Of a stretch of 64,000 bases of DNA, positions 50,476-60,049 are shown one piece after another. This DNA comes from Nitrospirota bacterium (lineage in GTDB: Bacteria > Nitrospirota > UBA9217): positions 32,001-96,000 of the forward strand of contig CAWIYV010000011.1 of assembly GCA_963840455.1 (NCBI GenBank), read 5' to 3'. Numbering within the stretch: position 1 is the stretch's first letter; each line of letters starts with the position of its first letter. A model generated the notes under the pieces. The model was given only the letters and a program-made list of their open reading frames with translations, ran no database searches and had not been told where the DNA came from. Made by a program: the position numbers and the translations under genes.

Positions 50476-52185
50476 ATGCAGAAGAGACAGGTCCACGTCA
50501 TCGCTGCCGCAGCGCTCTTTCTCCTCGCCTTCGTCCTGAACTTCTCCTTCCGTGCTTACGATGACAACAGCCTGTTCAGCTGGCAGTGGCTGTTCGTTCA
50601 CGTGGATGCGTCCGCCATCTACCTGCTGGTGATGGCGTCACTGACGGCAGCCTACTTCGTCTCGCATATCCCCCTGCAGAAAGAACGCGAATCGACGGTC
50701 CTCGCAGTGCTATCCTTCATCGCGGTCGTCCCGTTCTGGAGCGAGCCGGAGATCATCGTCGATGCCTCCCGGTATTTCACGCAGGCAAAGCAGCTGGCTC
50801 AGTATGGCTTCGGCTTCTTTCTCAAGGAGTGGGGAAAGAGCGTCTTTGCCTGGACCGACCTTCCGCTGGTCCCCTTCTGCTATGGCATCCTGTTCAAGCT
50901 CTTCGGTGAGAACAGGACGGTCATCCAGGCGTTCACCTCGCTGCTGTTCTCGCTCACCGTGGTCCTGACCTACCGCATCGGACGGAAGCTCTGGGATCGG
51001 GATACCGGGTTTGCCGCCGGGCTCCTGCTGCTCGGCATCCCCTACCTGCTGACCCAGGTCCCGCTCATGCTGGTGGATGTAGCGACGATGTTCTTCGTCA
51101 CCCTATCGCTTTTTGCCTTCCTTGAAGCGCTGGACCGCGGCAGCCCCGCATGGACCGCGCTTTCCATCGCTTCTATTGTTTTAACCGTCCTCTCAAAATA
51201 TTCCGCCTGGTTCATTCTCTCCGTCCTTGTGGTCGCCCTCTTCGTTCATTCCCGCCGGGATCCTGGCCCCGGAAACCGTCCCGGGCTTCGAAGGGGTATA
51301 TTCATCCTGCTTGTCGGAGCAGTGCTCTCCGGTGCGGTCCTGCTTATGATGTTCGATGTGGTCCATGAGCAGATCGCCCTGCTTCGCGAGTATCAGCGTC
51401 CCGGGCTTTCCCGGTGGCGGGAAAGCTTCCTTTCGACCTTTCTCTTCCAGACACACCCCCTCATCACGATGTTTGCCCTTGCATCTGTCGTGGTCGCGCT
51501 CCGGAAGCGCGACCTGCCGTATCTGATCGTCTTCTGGCTTGTCCTGCTTGTCGCGGTCTTTTCCATCGGACGGATCCGCTACCTCCTGCCGCTGTTCCCC
51601 ATGATCACCCTCATGGCGGCGTACGGGCTCACGGTCGTCACGCGGCACGACCTCCGTCGGTTCCTCGTGTTCGGGACGATCGCCTCATCGCTGGTCATCG
51701 CGTTCTTCGTCTACCTCCCCTTCGCCAGGAGCATGAGCGCTGTCAACCTCCAGCAGGCCGGCAGGTTTCTGGACACGCTGCCGGAGGATGAGGTCGAGGT
51801 CATCACGCTCCCACCGGCCGACCCTGTGGTCAATCCCGCAGTATCCGTCCCCCTGCTCGACCTTTTTACGGACAAATGCATCCGGTACCGGGAGCGTGGC
51901 GGCGTTACTACGCGTCGGGATAAGATCGGGCGGTCGTCCCTCAGGTTCACCTGGGAATTCCGGAACCCGGCGTATTACGCGGTCTCAAATGCTCCGGCGC
52001 CGGACATCCCCGTCATCGTGTTATCGAATGTCTCTCAAGGTCCTCTGCCGCCGGATGTGGCGGTCCGGCTTGACGGCTACCTATTGACGCGATCATACCA
52101 GATGACCGAAGATCTTTTCCGGTATAATGTCGGTGTCCGTGTGTACCTGAAAAGTCGGTCCCTTCCTGAACGACCGCGCGATTAG
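50476..52185 (+). CDS. ArnT/PMT-like (GT-C) membrane glycosyltransferase
   Basis: Many TMs, VDASRYF, TDLPLVP, LMLVDV, LSKYS, RIRYLLP. Confidence 0.7.
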   Translation: MQKRQVHVIAAAALFLLAFVLNFSFRAYDDNSLFSWQWLFVHVDASAIYLLVMASLTAAYFVSHIPLQKERESTVLAVLSFIAVVPFWSEPEIIVDASRYFTQAKQLAQYGFGFFLKEWGKSVFAWTDLPLVPFCYGILFKLFGENRTVIQAFTSLLFSLTVVLTYRIGRKLWDRDTGFAAGLLLLGIPYLLTQVPLMLVDVATMFFVTLSLFAFLEALDRGSPAWTALSIASIVLTVLSKYSAWFILSVLVVALFVHSRRDPGPGNRPGLRRGIFILLVGAVLSGAVLLMMFDVVHEQIALLREYQRPGLSRWRESFLSTFLFQTHPLITMFALASVVVALRKRDLPYLIVFWLVLLVAVFSIGRIRYLLPLFPMITLMAAYGLTVVTRHDLRRFLVFGTIASSLVIAFFVYLPFARSMSAVNLQQAGRFLDTLPEDEVEVITLPPADPVVNPAVSVPLLDLFTDKCIRYRERGGVTTRRDKIGRSSLRFTWEFRNPAYYAVSNAPAPDIPVIVLSNVSQGPLPPDVAVRLDGYLLTRSYQMTEDLFRYNVGVRVYLKSRSLPERPRD

Positions 52186-52509
52186 ATCTTGCGGGGCTCC
52201 CTATGATATCCGTTCTTCGCCATTTTTGTTGCAAATTGCAGCCACTTTTGTTCATCAATATGAAGTGTTTCACAATCAATAGATTATGCAACATAATGCT
52301 CAAAATAGCGCTTGATTTTTCATTTGATTGACACTATAAATACACATGTCGGATGCAATTCCTTTCATAAACTTACCTTCTTATCCCATTAAGAATACTT
52401 ATGGGCTTTTCCGTACGATCTCGCAAAATGAAAGGGGGGAGGCTGTCTCTTCATAAAACCGCACCGATACTCTCATCTTTCAACGCTATGTAAGGGGGGG
52501 AATAGTATT

Positions 52510-53928
52510 ATGGAAGAGAAAAAAAATCAGATCTGGGCCTTCGTAATAACAGGCTTGCTCGTTTTGATCAGCCTGATCTATTACAAGGCAAATGTATACT
52601 ATATGTACCTGGTAGTGTACATCTGGTTCGGCGTCGCGTACGGCATGATGCTTCAGTACGGCAGGTTCTGCTTCGCATCGGCGTCGCGCGACCTCTTTGC
52701 CGCCGGTGTCCCGCGCATGGCCGTCGGCATCCTCGTTGCGCTCATCTTCTTCAGCGTCATCCAGGCGACCCTCGCGGCGACCAATATGAGCACGTTCCAT
52801 CCCGCCCCGTTCGGGATTCACACGCTGATCTCGGGAGTCATCTTCGGCGTGGGCATGGTGCTTGCCGGGGGATGCGCTTCGGGCTCCCTGTACAAGATCG
52901 GCGAAGGCAACGGCACGTCGATCCTTTCCATTCTCGGCATCTCTTTCGGCCAGGCGATGTTCGTCGATGTCGGCGGCCCTTTCCTGAAGCTCGTACCGGA
53001 AGCGTGGAAGGTATCTACCGCGGCGAAGAACCTGCCTCCCGAGAAGGTCACGTCGTGGTTCGACTACTACCTCGCCGGCTACGTCTGGGACCAGCCCTCG
53101 ATCCAGCTCTCGCACACCAAGGTCATCGGCGGCGCCCTCCCAGGCGCGTCAAAGTACTTCATCGGAGACGCGCTCATCAGCGCGATCATTCCCGCCCTCG
53201 TGCTGATCGTGGTCATCTACGCCTTCTACATCCGAAAAGGCTTTTTGAAGAAGCTCTCAAAGCAGACGGGCAAACCGACCACCTTCGCTGACGAATTCTA
53301 CGGGATGTGGAGCATGCTGACCGCTTCCAAGCGGACCACCCTTATGGGCGTCATTATCGGCATCACTGCAGGCCTCCACATTTTCGTCATGAAGGGCATG
53401 CAGATCAAGTTCGGCGTCACGAATTTCGGAACGCTCCTTACCAAGATGGGCCATGCCGCGGACACCAGCATCCGGGGAACGGTCTTCGACCCGGGCTACT
53501 GGTATATCACGACCCAGGAAGGGCAGTTCGGCGGCTGGGTCCTGGACAAACTGGGATGGAACATGCGCGACAACGTGTTCTTCGGCGTCAACAACGGCAT
53601 ACCCGAACTCTGGCGCAACCCGGCGCTCTGGATGTCCATCGGCATCATCTTCGGCGCCATGATCATGTCACTCATGAGCAAGGAGTTCAAGTTCAAACTG
53701 CCCAAGGGCGAGTTGATCGTCTGGGGCCTCCTCGGAGGCACGCTGATGGGCCTGGGCTCCCGTCCAGCGCTCGGATGCAATATCGGCGCGTTTTTCATCC
53801 GCGTGGCGGGTGGCGACCCGAGCGGCTGGTTGTACGGCATCGGCATGGTAACGGGCGCCTTTGCCGGCGTCAAGTTCTTCAACTGGTGGTCAGAACGGAA
53901 AATGGCGGCGGAAATGGCGGATTTTTAA
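52510..53928 (+). CDS. YeeE/YedE thiosulfate/sulfur transporter (long form)
   Basis: QYGRFCFAS, LAGGCASGSLYK, ALGCNIG. Confidence 0.9.
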   Translation: MEEKKNQIWAFVITGLLVLISLIYYKANVYYMYLVVYIWFGVAYGMMLQYGRFCFASASRDLFAAGVPRMAVGILVALIFFSVIQATLAATNMSTFHPAPFGIHTLISGVIFGVGMVLAGGCASGSLYKIGEGNGTSILSILGISFGQAMFVDVGGPFLKLVPEAWKVSTAAKNLPPEKVTSWFDYYLAGYVWDQPSIQLSHTKVIGGALPGASKYFIGDALISAIIPALVLIVVIYAFYIRKGFLKKLSKQTGKPTTFADEFYGMWSMLTASKRTTLMGVIIGITAGLHIFVMKGMQIKFGVTNFGTLLTKMGHAADTSIRGTVFDPGYWYITTQEGQFGGWVLDKLGWNMRDNVFFGVNNGIPELWRNPALWMSIGIIFGAMIMSLMSKEFKFKLPKGELIVWGLLGGTLMGLGSRPALGCNIGAFFIRVAGGDPSGWLYGIGMVTGAFAGVKFFNWWSERKMAAEMADF

Positions 53929-53976
53929 CGGCGCCAGACCAATGACTAGATAACTATCCCAAGGAGGAAATGTATC

Positions 53977-54228
53977 ATGGCCATGAAATTCGAAAAAAAA
54001 GGTGAGGGGGTCTATTTGCTTGATGTGTGCGGCTACGTGTGTCCCCATCCGCAGATCTACTGCAAGAAGTCCCTGGAGAAGATCGGCGAGGGCGAGATAC
54101 TCGAGATGACCTTCGACAACCCATCGTCGGCGGAAACGATTCTGCAGATGCTCGACCAGGCGGGACACGAGCTGGTGGAAAAGAAGAACGAAGGCGGAAA
54201 AATCGTCTTCAAGATCAAGAAAGCCTGA
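53977..54228 (+). CDS. TusA/YeeD-family sulfur carrier
   Basis: LDVCGYVCPHP, FDNPSS. Confidence 0.9.
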   Translation: MAMKFEKKGEGVYLLDVCGYVCPHPQIYCKKSLEKIGEGEILEMTFDNPSSAETILQMLDQAGHELVEKKNEGGKIVFKIKKA

Positions 54229-54260
54229 TCAGCTCCGTTATCCATTTCAGAGGAGGATAC

Positions 54261-54581
54261 ATGAAAGCACCTCTCATCATTCTCATCGCGATCATGGTCT
54301 GCATCATCGGCTTTCTGGTGGTCTACAGCCAGCAGCACGATACGATCGCGAAAGCTCCGCAGGGCCAGGCCGCCGCTGGCGGATACGGCACGGCACCTGC
54401 TTCAGGAGGGTACGGGACTGCCCCGGCGGCAGGCGGCTATGGATCTGCCCCGGCGGCAGGCGGCTATGGATCCGCTCCGGCAGCAGGGGGGTACGGTTCT
54501 GCTCCTGCTGCGGGTGGATACGGTTCGCCGGCCCCTAAGGCGGGCGGATACGGGGCTCCGGTTGCAGGTGTTCACAAGTAG
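54261..54581 (+). CDS. Membrane-anchored or exported GGYG-repeat protein
   Basis: GAGGAGG RBS, hydrophobic N-terminus, seven GGYG-based ~9-aa repeats. Confidence 0.8.
   Translation: MKAPLIILIAIMVCIIGFLVVYSQQHDTIAKAPQGQAAAGGYGTAPASGGYGTAPAAGGYGSAPAAGGYGSAPAAGGYGSAPAAGGYGSPAPKAGGYGAPVAGVHK
54378..54560 (+). repeat. Degenerate 27-bp coding tandem repeat (7 units)
   Basis: Encodes GGYG(S/T)APA(A/S); third codon positions vary between units. Confidence 0.85.
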
Positions 54582-54757
54582 TGCTCCGATGGCCGACACG
54601 GAACTGCTCTCGGAACATCAATCGTGGTACATCGATCATGTGGGGTCACCTCAGGCGACCCGCCATGGCGGGATTTGATAACGAGACACCCCATCCTGCC
54701 CGAGTTCCGGACGGCCGTTAGGTCAGTTCGGGGTCGGCGGCGACATTTGGAGAGACC

Positions 54758-55219
54758 ATGAACAGGATACTCATCGCGATAGACGATACGAAAGGTACGA
54801 AAAAGGCATTTTCAACGTACAGTAATTTTTGCGCCTGCATGCAACCGAAATCCATTGTGCTGGTCTATGTTGAAAAGTTCGAAGGTAAATCCTTGATCGA
54901 CGAAATGCTTGGCGACGCTGAACTGTCCACCCTCAGAGACGTACTCAAGGGCAGTGAGTATCAGCAGGCATTGGACAAAAAGGCAAAGGCGATCCTCACC
55001 TATTACCAGAAGGCGCTTGCGAAGAAAGGCCTGACGGGTATCAAGACCATCATCAGGAAGGGACACCCTGCCGAAGAAATCCTGAATGCGGCAAAAGACG
55101 TAAAGGCCGATCTGATCGTGATCGGGTCCCGTGGTAAAAGGACAACGCACCTCTTCATGGGGAGCGTCAGCAGAGAGGTCGTCGACGGCGCCGAGATCCC
55201 TGTCCTGATCGTGAAGTAG
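54758..55219 (+). CDS. Universal stress protein
   Basis: RILIAIDD, GHPAEEIL, IVIGSRG, MGSVS. Confidence 0.9.
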   Translation: MNRILIAIDDTKGTKKAFSTYSNFCACMQPKSIVLVYVEKFEGKSLIDEMLGDAELSTLRDVLKGSEYQQALDKKAKAILTYYQKALAKKGLTGIKTIIRKGHPAEEILNAAKDVKADLIVIGSRGKRTTHLFMGSVSREVVDGAEIPVLIVK

Positions 55220-55421
55220 CGCCGAGTTAACTCTGAATAAGCGCTGAATGCCTCTCCGCAGCAGCCGGGCTTGGCCCGGTGCTGCGGAGAGCAAGTACCG
55301 GCCGTCTGGGGAGGCGGTCGCCGCCGGTGTTCTTGTTGTTGGTTCTTTCCCGCAGGTGCAGGATACACCCATCGGCAGGCCCCCCGCATGTCCCTTTCCA
55401 TCAACATCTTCGGGTGATCGA

Positions 55422-56840
55422 TTGAGCAGATCAGCAAAAGATATTATCATATTGGGCGGGGGGCTTGCGGGTCTCTCTGCGGGACAGGCCCTGACGAATG
55501 CGGGATTCGGCGTTCAGGTGTTCGAACGCGATGCCGTTGTAGGGGGCCTCTCGAAGACCATTGAGCGGAACGGTTTTCGTTTCGACCTTGGCGGCCATCG
55601 TTTTTTCACGACCGATGCGGTGGTTGACGGATGCGTCAGGGATCTTCTGGGGGACGAGCTCGTAACCGTCGCCCGCAGCAGCAAGATCCACATGCGGGGC
55701 AAGTTTTTTGACTATCCGCTGAAGCCACTCAACGCCATGTTCGGCCTCGGCGTATCCACCACGGCGAGGATCATCGCCGACTATCTGAGCGAGTCGGCCA
55801 GGCGGACGGTCCGAAAGGACGAGATCAATTCGCTCGAGGACTGGGTGGTCGTCAATTTCGGCCGGACCATGTTCGACATCTATTTCAAGGAGTACAGTGA
55901 GAAGGTCTGGGGCATCGGGTGCGACCGTATCAGCGCTGCGTGGGTCGCCCAGCGCATCAAGGGGCTCTCTCTGGGAAAGGCGATCCAGAATGCCTTCTTC
56001 AAGTTCAGCGGCCGCGGCCTCGCCACCCTCACGGACACGTTCCTCTATCCGTCACTCGGCATCGGCAGGATCGCCGACCGGCTGCGCGAAGAGATCGAGG
56101 TCCGGAACGATGTCGTGACAGACGCCGATGTACTGCACGTCAACCATGCCGGTGGGCGCATCACGGACATCCGCATCAGGCACCGGGGAAGGGTCCGGCG
56201 GATCGCCGGCGACGAATTCGTTTCCAGCATCCCGCTCACCAGGCTGGTCAACCTCCTCCATCCGGAGCCGCCGTTCGCCGTGCGCGAGGCAGCGGCACAG
56301 CTCAAGTTCCGGGACTTGGTCGTCGTTGCGGTCATGGTGGACCGGGAGCAGGTCACTGATCAGACCTGGATCTATATCCCGGAGCGGCATATCCCGTTCG
56401 GCAGGATACACGAACCGACGAACTGGAGCCGGGCGATGGCGCCTGCCGGCAAATCGCTCCTCGTCATGGAGTATTTCAGTTACCGCGGTGATGCTGTCTG
56501 GTCCATGGACGAGCAGGTGCTCGCGGACCTCACGATCGATCATTTAGCGAAACTCGGCTTCCTGAGCCGGGAGGAAGTGATCGATACCATGGTTGTCCGC
56601 GTTCCCAAGGCTTACCCGCTGTTCGAGATCGGCTATCGGGACCGTGTCGAGGCCCTGCTGTCCTTTTTTGACGAGTTCGAGAACCTCGAGATAACGGGCC
56701 GGAGCGGTATGTTCCGCTACTATAACATGGACGCGGCACTGCGGTCGGGCATGGACGCGGCCGAGCGTATCGTCCGGAAGACCGCGCATGCCGTTGCCAT
56801 CGACGAGAAAGAACCGGTCCTCGCGGAAATAATCTCCTGA
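55422..56840 (+). CDS. FAD-dependent oxidoreductase (protoporphyrinogen oxidase/UDP-galactopyranose mutase-like)
   Basis: GGGLAG, FDLGGHRFF, GRSGMFRYYNMD; start uncertain (TTG 55422 assumed). Confidence 0.8.
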   Translation: MSRSAKDIIILGGGLAGLSAGQALTNAGFGVQVFERDAVVGGLSKTIERNGFRFDLGGHRFFTTDAVVDGCVRDLLGDELVTVARSSKIHMRGKFFDYPLKPLNAMFGLGVSTTARIIADYLSESARRTVRKDEINSLEDWVVVNFGRTMFDIYFKEYSEKVWGIGCDRISAAWVAQRIKGLSLGKAIQNAFFKFSGRGLATLTDTFLYPSLGIGRIADRLREEIEVRNDVVTDADVLHVNHAGGRITDIRIRHRGRVRRIAGDEFVSSIPLTRLVNLLHPEPPFAVREAAAQLKFRDLVVVAVMVDREQVTDQTWIYIPERHIPFGRIHEPTNWSRAMAPAGKSLLVMEYFSYRGDAVWSMDEQVLADLTIDHLAKLGFLSREEVIDTMVVRVPKAYPLFEIGYRDRVEALLSFFDEFENLEITGRSGMFRYYNMDAALRSGMDAAERIVRKTAHAVAIDEKEPVLAEIIS

Positions 56841-56841
56841 T

Positions 56842-58302
56842 ATGAAGTGCGCCCTCATTATTCCTTCCTGGGTCCCCGACGAGATCTTTTCTTCCCGAAC
56901 AGCAGGCTCCCAGATCAACTACTGGCAGCCAGTCGGCACCCTATCCGTTGCAGCCGTGCTTCGGAGGGCCGGCCATGATGTCCGGTTCATCAACGGAGCG
57001 TTCCTGACCCACGAACAGGTGCTCGACGAGGTGCGGCGGTTCCAGCCGCGCTTGATCGGTCTTTATGCAACAACGTTCGGCTGGGACAAGGCGAAAAAGA
57101 CCGCCGCAGACCTCAGGTCGATGTGCCGCCGGGACTGTTTCATCTGCGCAGGAGGCCCCTATCCCATCGCGGTGCAGGACCAGTGCCTGTCCGATGCCGG
57201 CACCGACATCGATGCCATCGTCACCGGGGAGGGTGAATACACGGTGCTCGAGATCGTCGAGCGTCTGGAGGCGGGTAGGGGCCTGCAGGGGGTGCAGGGG
57301 ACCGTGTACCGCGACAGCGGCCGGATCGTCGCCAATCCACCGCGGCCGCTCATCACGGACCTCGACGCGCTTCCGTTTCCTGCGCGCGAGCTCCTGGGGG
57401 ATGCGGACCGGTACATCCCCCCTCCGGGCACCTACCGAAGGCGGCCGGTCGCGGTCATGATCACCTCGCGCGGGTGCAACCGTCACTGCATCTATTGCTT
57501 CCAGCTGGACAAGACGAGAAAGAGCGGGATCCGGTACCGGAGCGTTGAGAACGTCCTTGAGGAGATCGAGCTCCTGGTCAGGCAGGGGTACCGGGAGATC
57601 AAGTTCCTCGATGACACCTTTGCCGCTGATTACGGACGGGCAATGCGGATCGCCGAGGAGATGAAGCGCAGGCGTCTTCCTGTGGTTTGGTTCGCATCGG
57701 CATGCGTCAATCAGGTGGACCGGCCCCTTCTCAAGGCCTTCCATGAAGCGGGATGCTGGGCAGTACTGTTCGGTGCGGAGAGCGGAGTACAGAGGAACCT
57801 CGATACGATAAGAAAAGGGATCACGCTGGAGCAGGTCCGGAGCGCCGTTCATACCGCTCAGGACGTCGGCCTCAAGGTCAGCACGCCGTTCCTGTTCGGG
57901 ATCCCGGGCGAGACGTTCGAAGAGGGCCTTAAGACCATCGAGTTCGCAGTCAGGCTCAACCCCGACATGGCGAACTTTCACGCCATTACTCCCTTTCCCG
58001 GCACCTTTCTCTACGACAATCTGGAGCAGTACGGGACCATCTCCGAGGACCTGTCGGACTTCACCTATCAGGGGGCTGCGTTCATTCCGAGGACCATGAG
58101 CCGTGACGATATCCAGAGGCTCCGGCAGATCGCTTTCCGGAGATTTTATCTCAGGCCGTCCTTCATGATCAGGAAGCTGCTTGATCTGCATTCTCTGAAT
58201 GATGTCAAGGTCGCGATGAAAAGCGCGAAAAGCATTTTCTGGCTCGCGCTCAAACTGGACCTCTTCAGCAGACACCGGAGGCATCTGCCCATATCCCGGT
58301 AG
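56842..58302 (+). CDS. B12-binding radical SAM protein (class B methyltransferase-like)
   Basis: AGGPY, GEGE, TSRGCNRHCIYC, DDTF, GAESG, PFPGT. Confidence 0.88.
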   Translation: MKCALIIPSWVPDEIFSSRTAGSQINYWQPVGTLSVAAVLRRAGHDVRFINGAFLTHEQVLDEVRRFQPRLIGLYATTFGWDKAKKTAADLRSMCRRDCFICAGGPYPIAVQDQCLSDAGTDIDAIVTGEGEYTVLEIVERLEAGRGLQGVQGTVYRDSGRIVANPPRPLITDLDALPFPARELLGDADRYIPPPGTYRRRPVAVMITSRGCNRHCIYCFQLDKTRKSGIRYRSVENVLEEIELLVRQGYREIKFLDDTFAADYGRAMRIAEEMKRRRLPVVWFASACVNQVDRPLLKAFHEAGCWAVLFGAESGVQRNLDTIRKGITLEQVRSAVHTAQDVGLKVSTPFLFGIPGETFEEGLKTIEFAVRLNPDMANFHAITPFPGTFLYDNLEQYGTISEDLSDFTYQGAAFIPRTMSRDDIQRLRQIAFRRFYLRPSFMIRKLLDLHSLNDVKVAMKSAKSIFWLALKLDLFSRHRRHLPISR

Positions 58303-58614
58303 CCTGTGGCCCACTCTACCGGTACCTTTCCCGTCTCTCGGTCCGCTCGGCAAGGGAGAACACTCCTCCGGTCAGTGCAGCGAGCGGCGCGAAGATTTCC
58401 CAGTGACTGACGCCTAAAAGACTTTGCGGCGTGGCCGCTCCCCGATCCGAGACGGTATCAAATACCTCAAGGTCCATGATCACGCACCGCAAACAGGAGC
58501 GAACCCGCGACTATGCCGAGCATCATTATTTCAGCCTTGTCAAGCTACCTGTTGATGTATTATAGTTACACTACCCTGGGTCATCCGAGCGGCTCCGGGA
58601 ATTACGGTGATCCT

Positions 58615-59061
58615 ATGAATTCAGACAGCGATAAGACGATTCCCCTGAAGAGGTTTTTTTTCGCCGTGATTCGGCGGCCCCTCTTCTTCATAGTCATAAA
58701 CTTTTTTCTCGTAAATACGCTTTTCTCCCTCCTGCCCTACGATCTCGGGGATATCGTCTATACGACCGGCAGGATCGCCATTATCTTCTATGCGGGGTGG
58801 CTCGTTATCAGGAGGAATATCGGCGGTCTCTGGCAGTCGGCTCTGGTCGGAATGGCCATGTACTTTGTCGATCATGTGGCATTGAAAGGGGGCGTTTTTC
58901 TCCTGAATTATATCTTCAATCCCGAGGGAATGGGACTTGCGGCGTTCGGCAGCGTCATCTTCTCCTTCATCCTGTTCATCCCCCTGGCGATGCTTGTCGG
59001 GGCAACAGGCGGTCTCGCCGCACGTTCCCGGGGCAGAAAATCGGCATTTGATGATCGATGA
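58615..59061 (+). CDS. Hypothetical four-TM membrane protein
   Basis: Hydrophobic segments only. Confidence 0.6.
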   Translation: MNSDSDKTIPLKRFFFAVIRRPLFFIVINFFLVNTLFSLLPYDLGDIVYTTGRIAIIFYAGWLVIRRNIGGLWQSALVGMAMYFVDHVALKGGVFLLNYIFNPEGMGLAAFGSVIFSFILFIPLAMLVGATGGLAARSRGRKSAFDDR

Positions 59062-59325
59062 GGATTTCGCTGGCCAGGCGTGGCGAAGCAGTGAAATTGG
59101 CGGGCGTGGGCAGGACCGGAATGAGCCCATGGGCAGGCGAAGAACGGATAAAGCGCATTGACCCGAGACCGCAGGGCCTCGATCGCGATGGGCCTTACCG
59201 TGAACCGTGGATATGCGTTCCGCTGTCGCCACGACGCGGACAGCATGCGCTCCCTGGTCGATTGCTGAGGCACCGGTTCGGACCGGGCGGCAAAAAGCGG
59301 TAGCATCCGGGGTATCGCCGGATGA

Positions 59326-59952
59326 ATGGAGAGGAGGAACGGCAGTATGAAGCAGCACGACACCAGGGGCAAGGTCGGACACGATGGAACGGTCACCCCT
59401 ATGCCGGAACAGAGCGTCATGCCTGCGTTCCTCTCTCAGCGCCCCTTGCACGGTGACCAGCCGCTGTTCATCCACTTCAGTTCTACGCCCCTCTTCAGGC
59501 TCGAAAATGCTCCCGCTACCTATGCCCATCTTCTGAGAAAAAAGGACCTGATACACATCGGCCCGATCGTCAACTACTTTATCAGCGGTTCAGGCCATGT
59601 TGTATATCTGGGGGGTGAGGCCGTCAAAAATCTCTATTTTTACGGCAAACGGAAATACAAATCGCTCAACATGCTGGCCATTTTGACCGTCAGGGATGTC
59701 GAGAGATATTCGTGCATCCTGAACAACATCATTTCTTCGAATGACGGCGCTTTCTCGATGGGATGGAAATTCCTGGTCAGGAAGAACAGGAGCGATGGAT
59801 GCTTCAAGGACATTGCTGATGCGCGTTATATCATAGAAGCGAGGCTGGAGGGTCCGGAGAAACTTCTGTATCCTTTCCGGCCGGCCGCGATCGAACTGGA
59901 CCTCACGACCGAGCATCGGTTTTTACACGCCTTTGGTGTTGAAATACCATAG
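59326..59952 (+). CDS. Hypothetical protein
   Basis: Open frame of 208 codons with globular composition; start uncertain. Confidence 0.5.
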   Translation: MERRNGSMKQHDTRGKVGHDGTVTPMPEQSVMPAFLSQRPLHGDQPLFIHFSSTPLFRLENAPATYAHLLRKKDLIHIGPIVNYFISGSGHVVYLGGEAVKNLYFYGKRKYKSLNMLAILTVRDVERYSCILNNIISSNDGAFSMGWKFLVRKNRSDGCFKDIADARYIIEARLEGPEKLLYPFRPAAIELDLTTEHRFLHAFGVEIP

Positions 59953-59993
59953 CGGCCCGCTGCCTGACCGACCACAACGGAAGAAGGACGAAA

Positions 59994-60031
59994 AAAGGAC
60001 GGCTCCTTGCTGCTGCGGGAGCCGTCCCTCT
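59994..60031. terminator. Hairpin terminator between convergent genes
   Basis: aggacggctcc...ggagccgtccct preceded by an A run. Confidence 0.6.
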
Positions 60032-60049
60032 TATTGGGGGCTGGAGCAA

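Noticed and set aside
54378-54560. 27-bp tandem repeat as a CRISPR array or VNTR
   Set aside because: No spacers; in frame with synonymous divergence, so it is a protein repeat.
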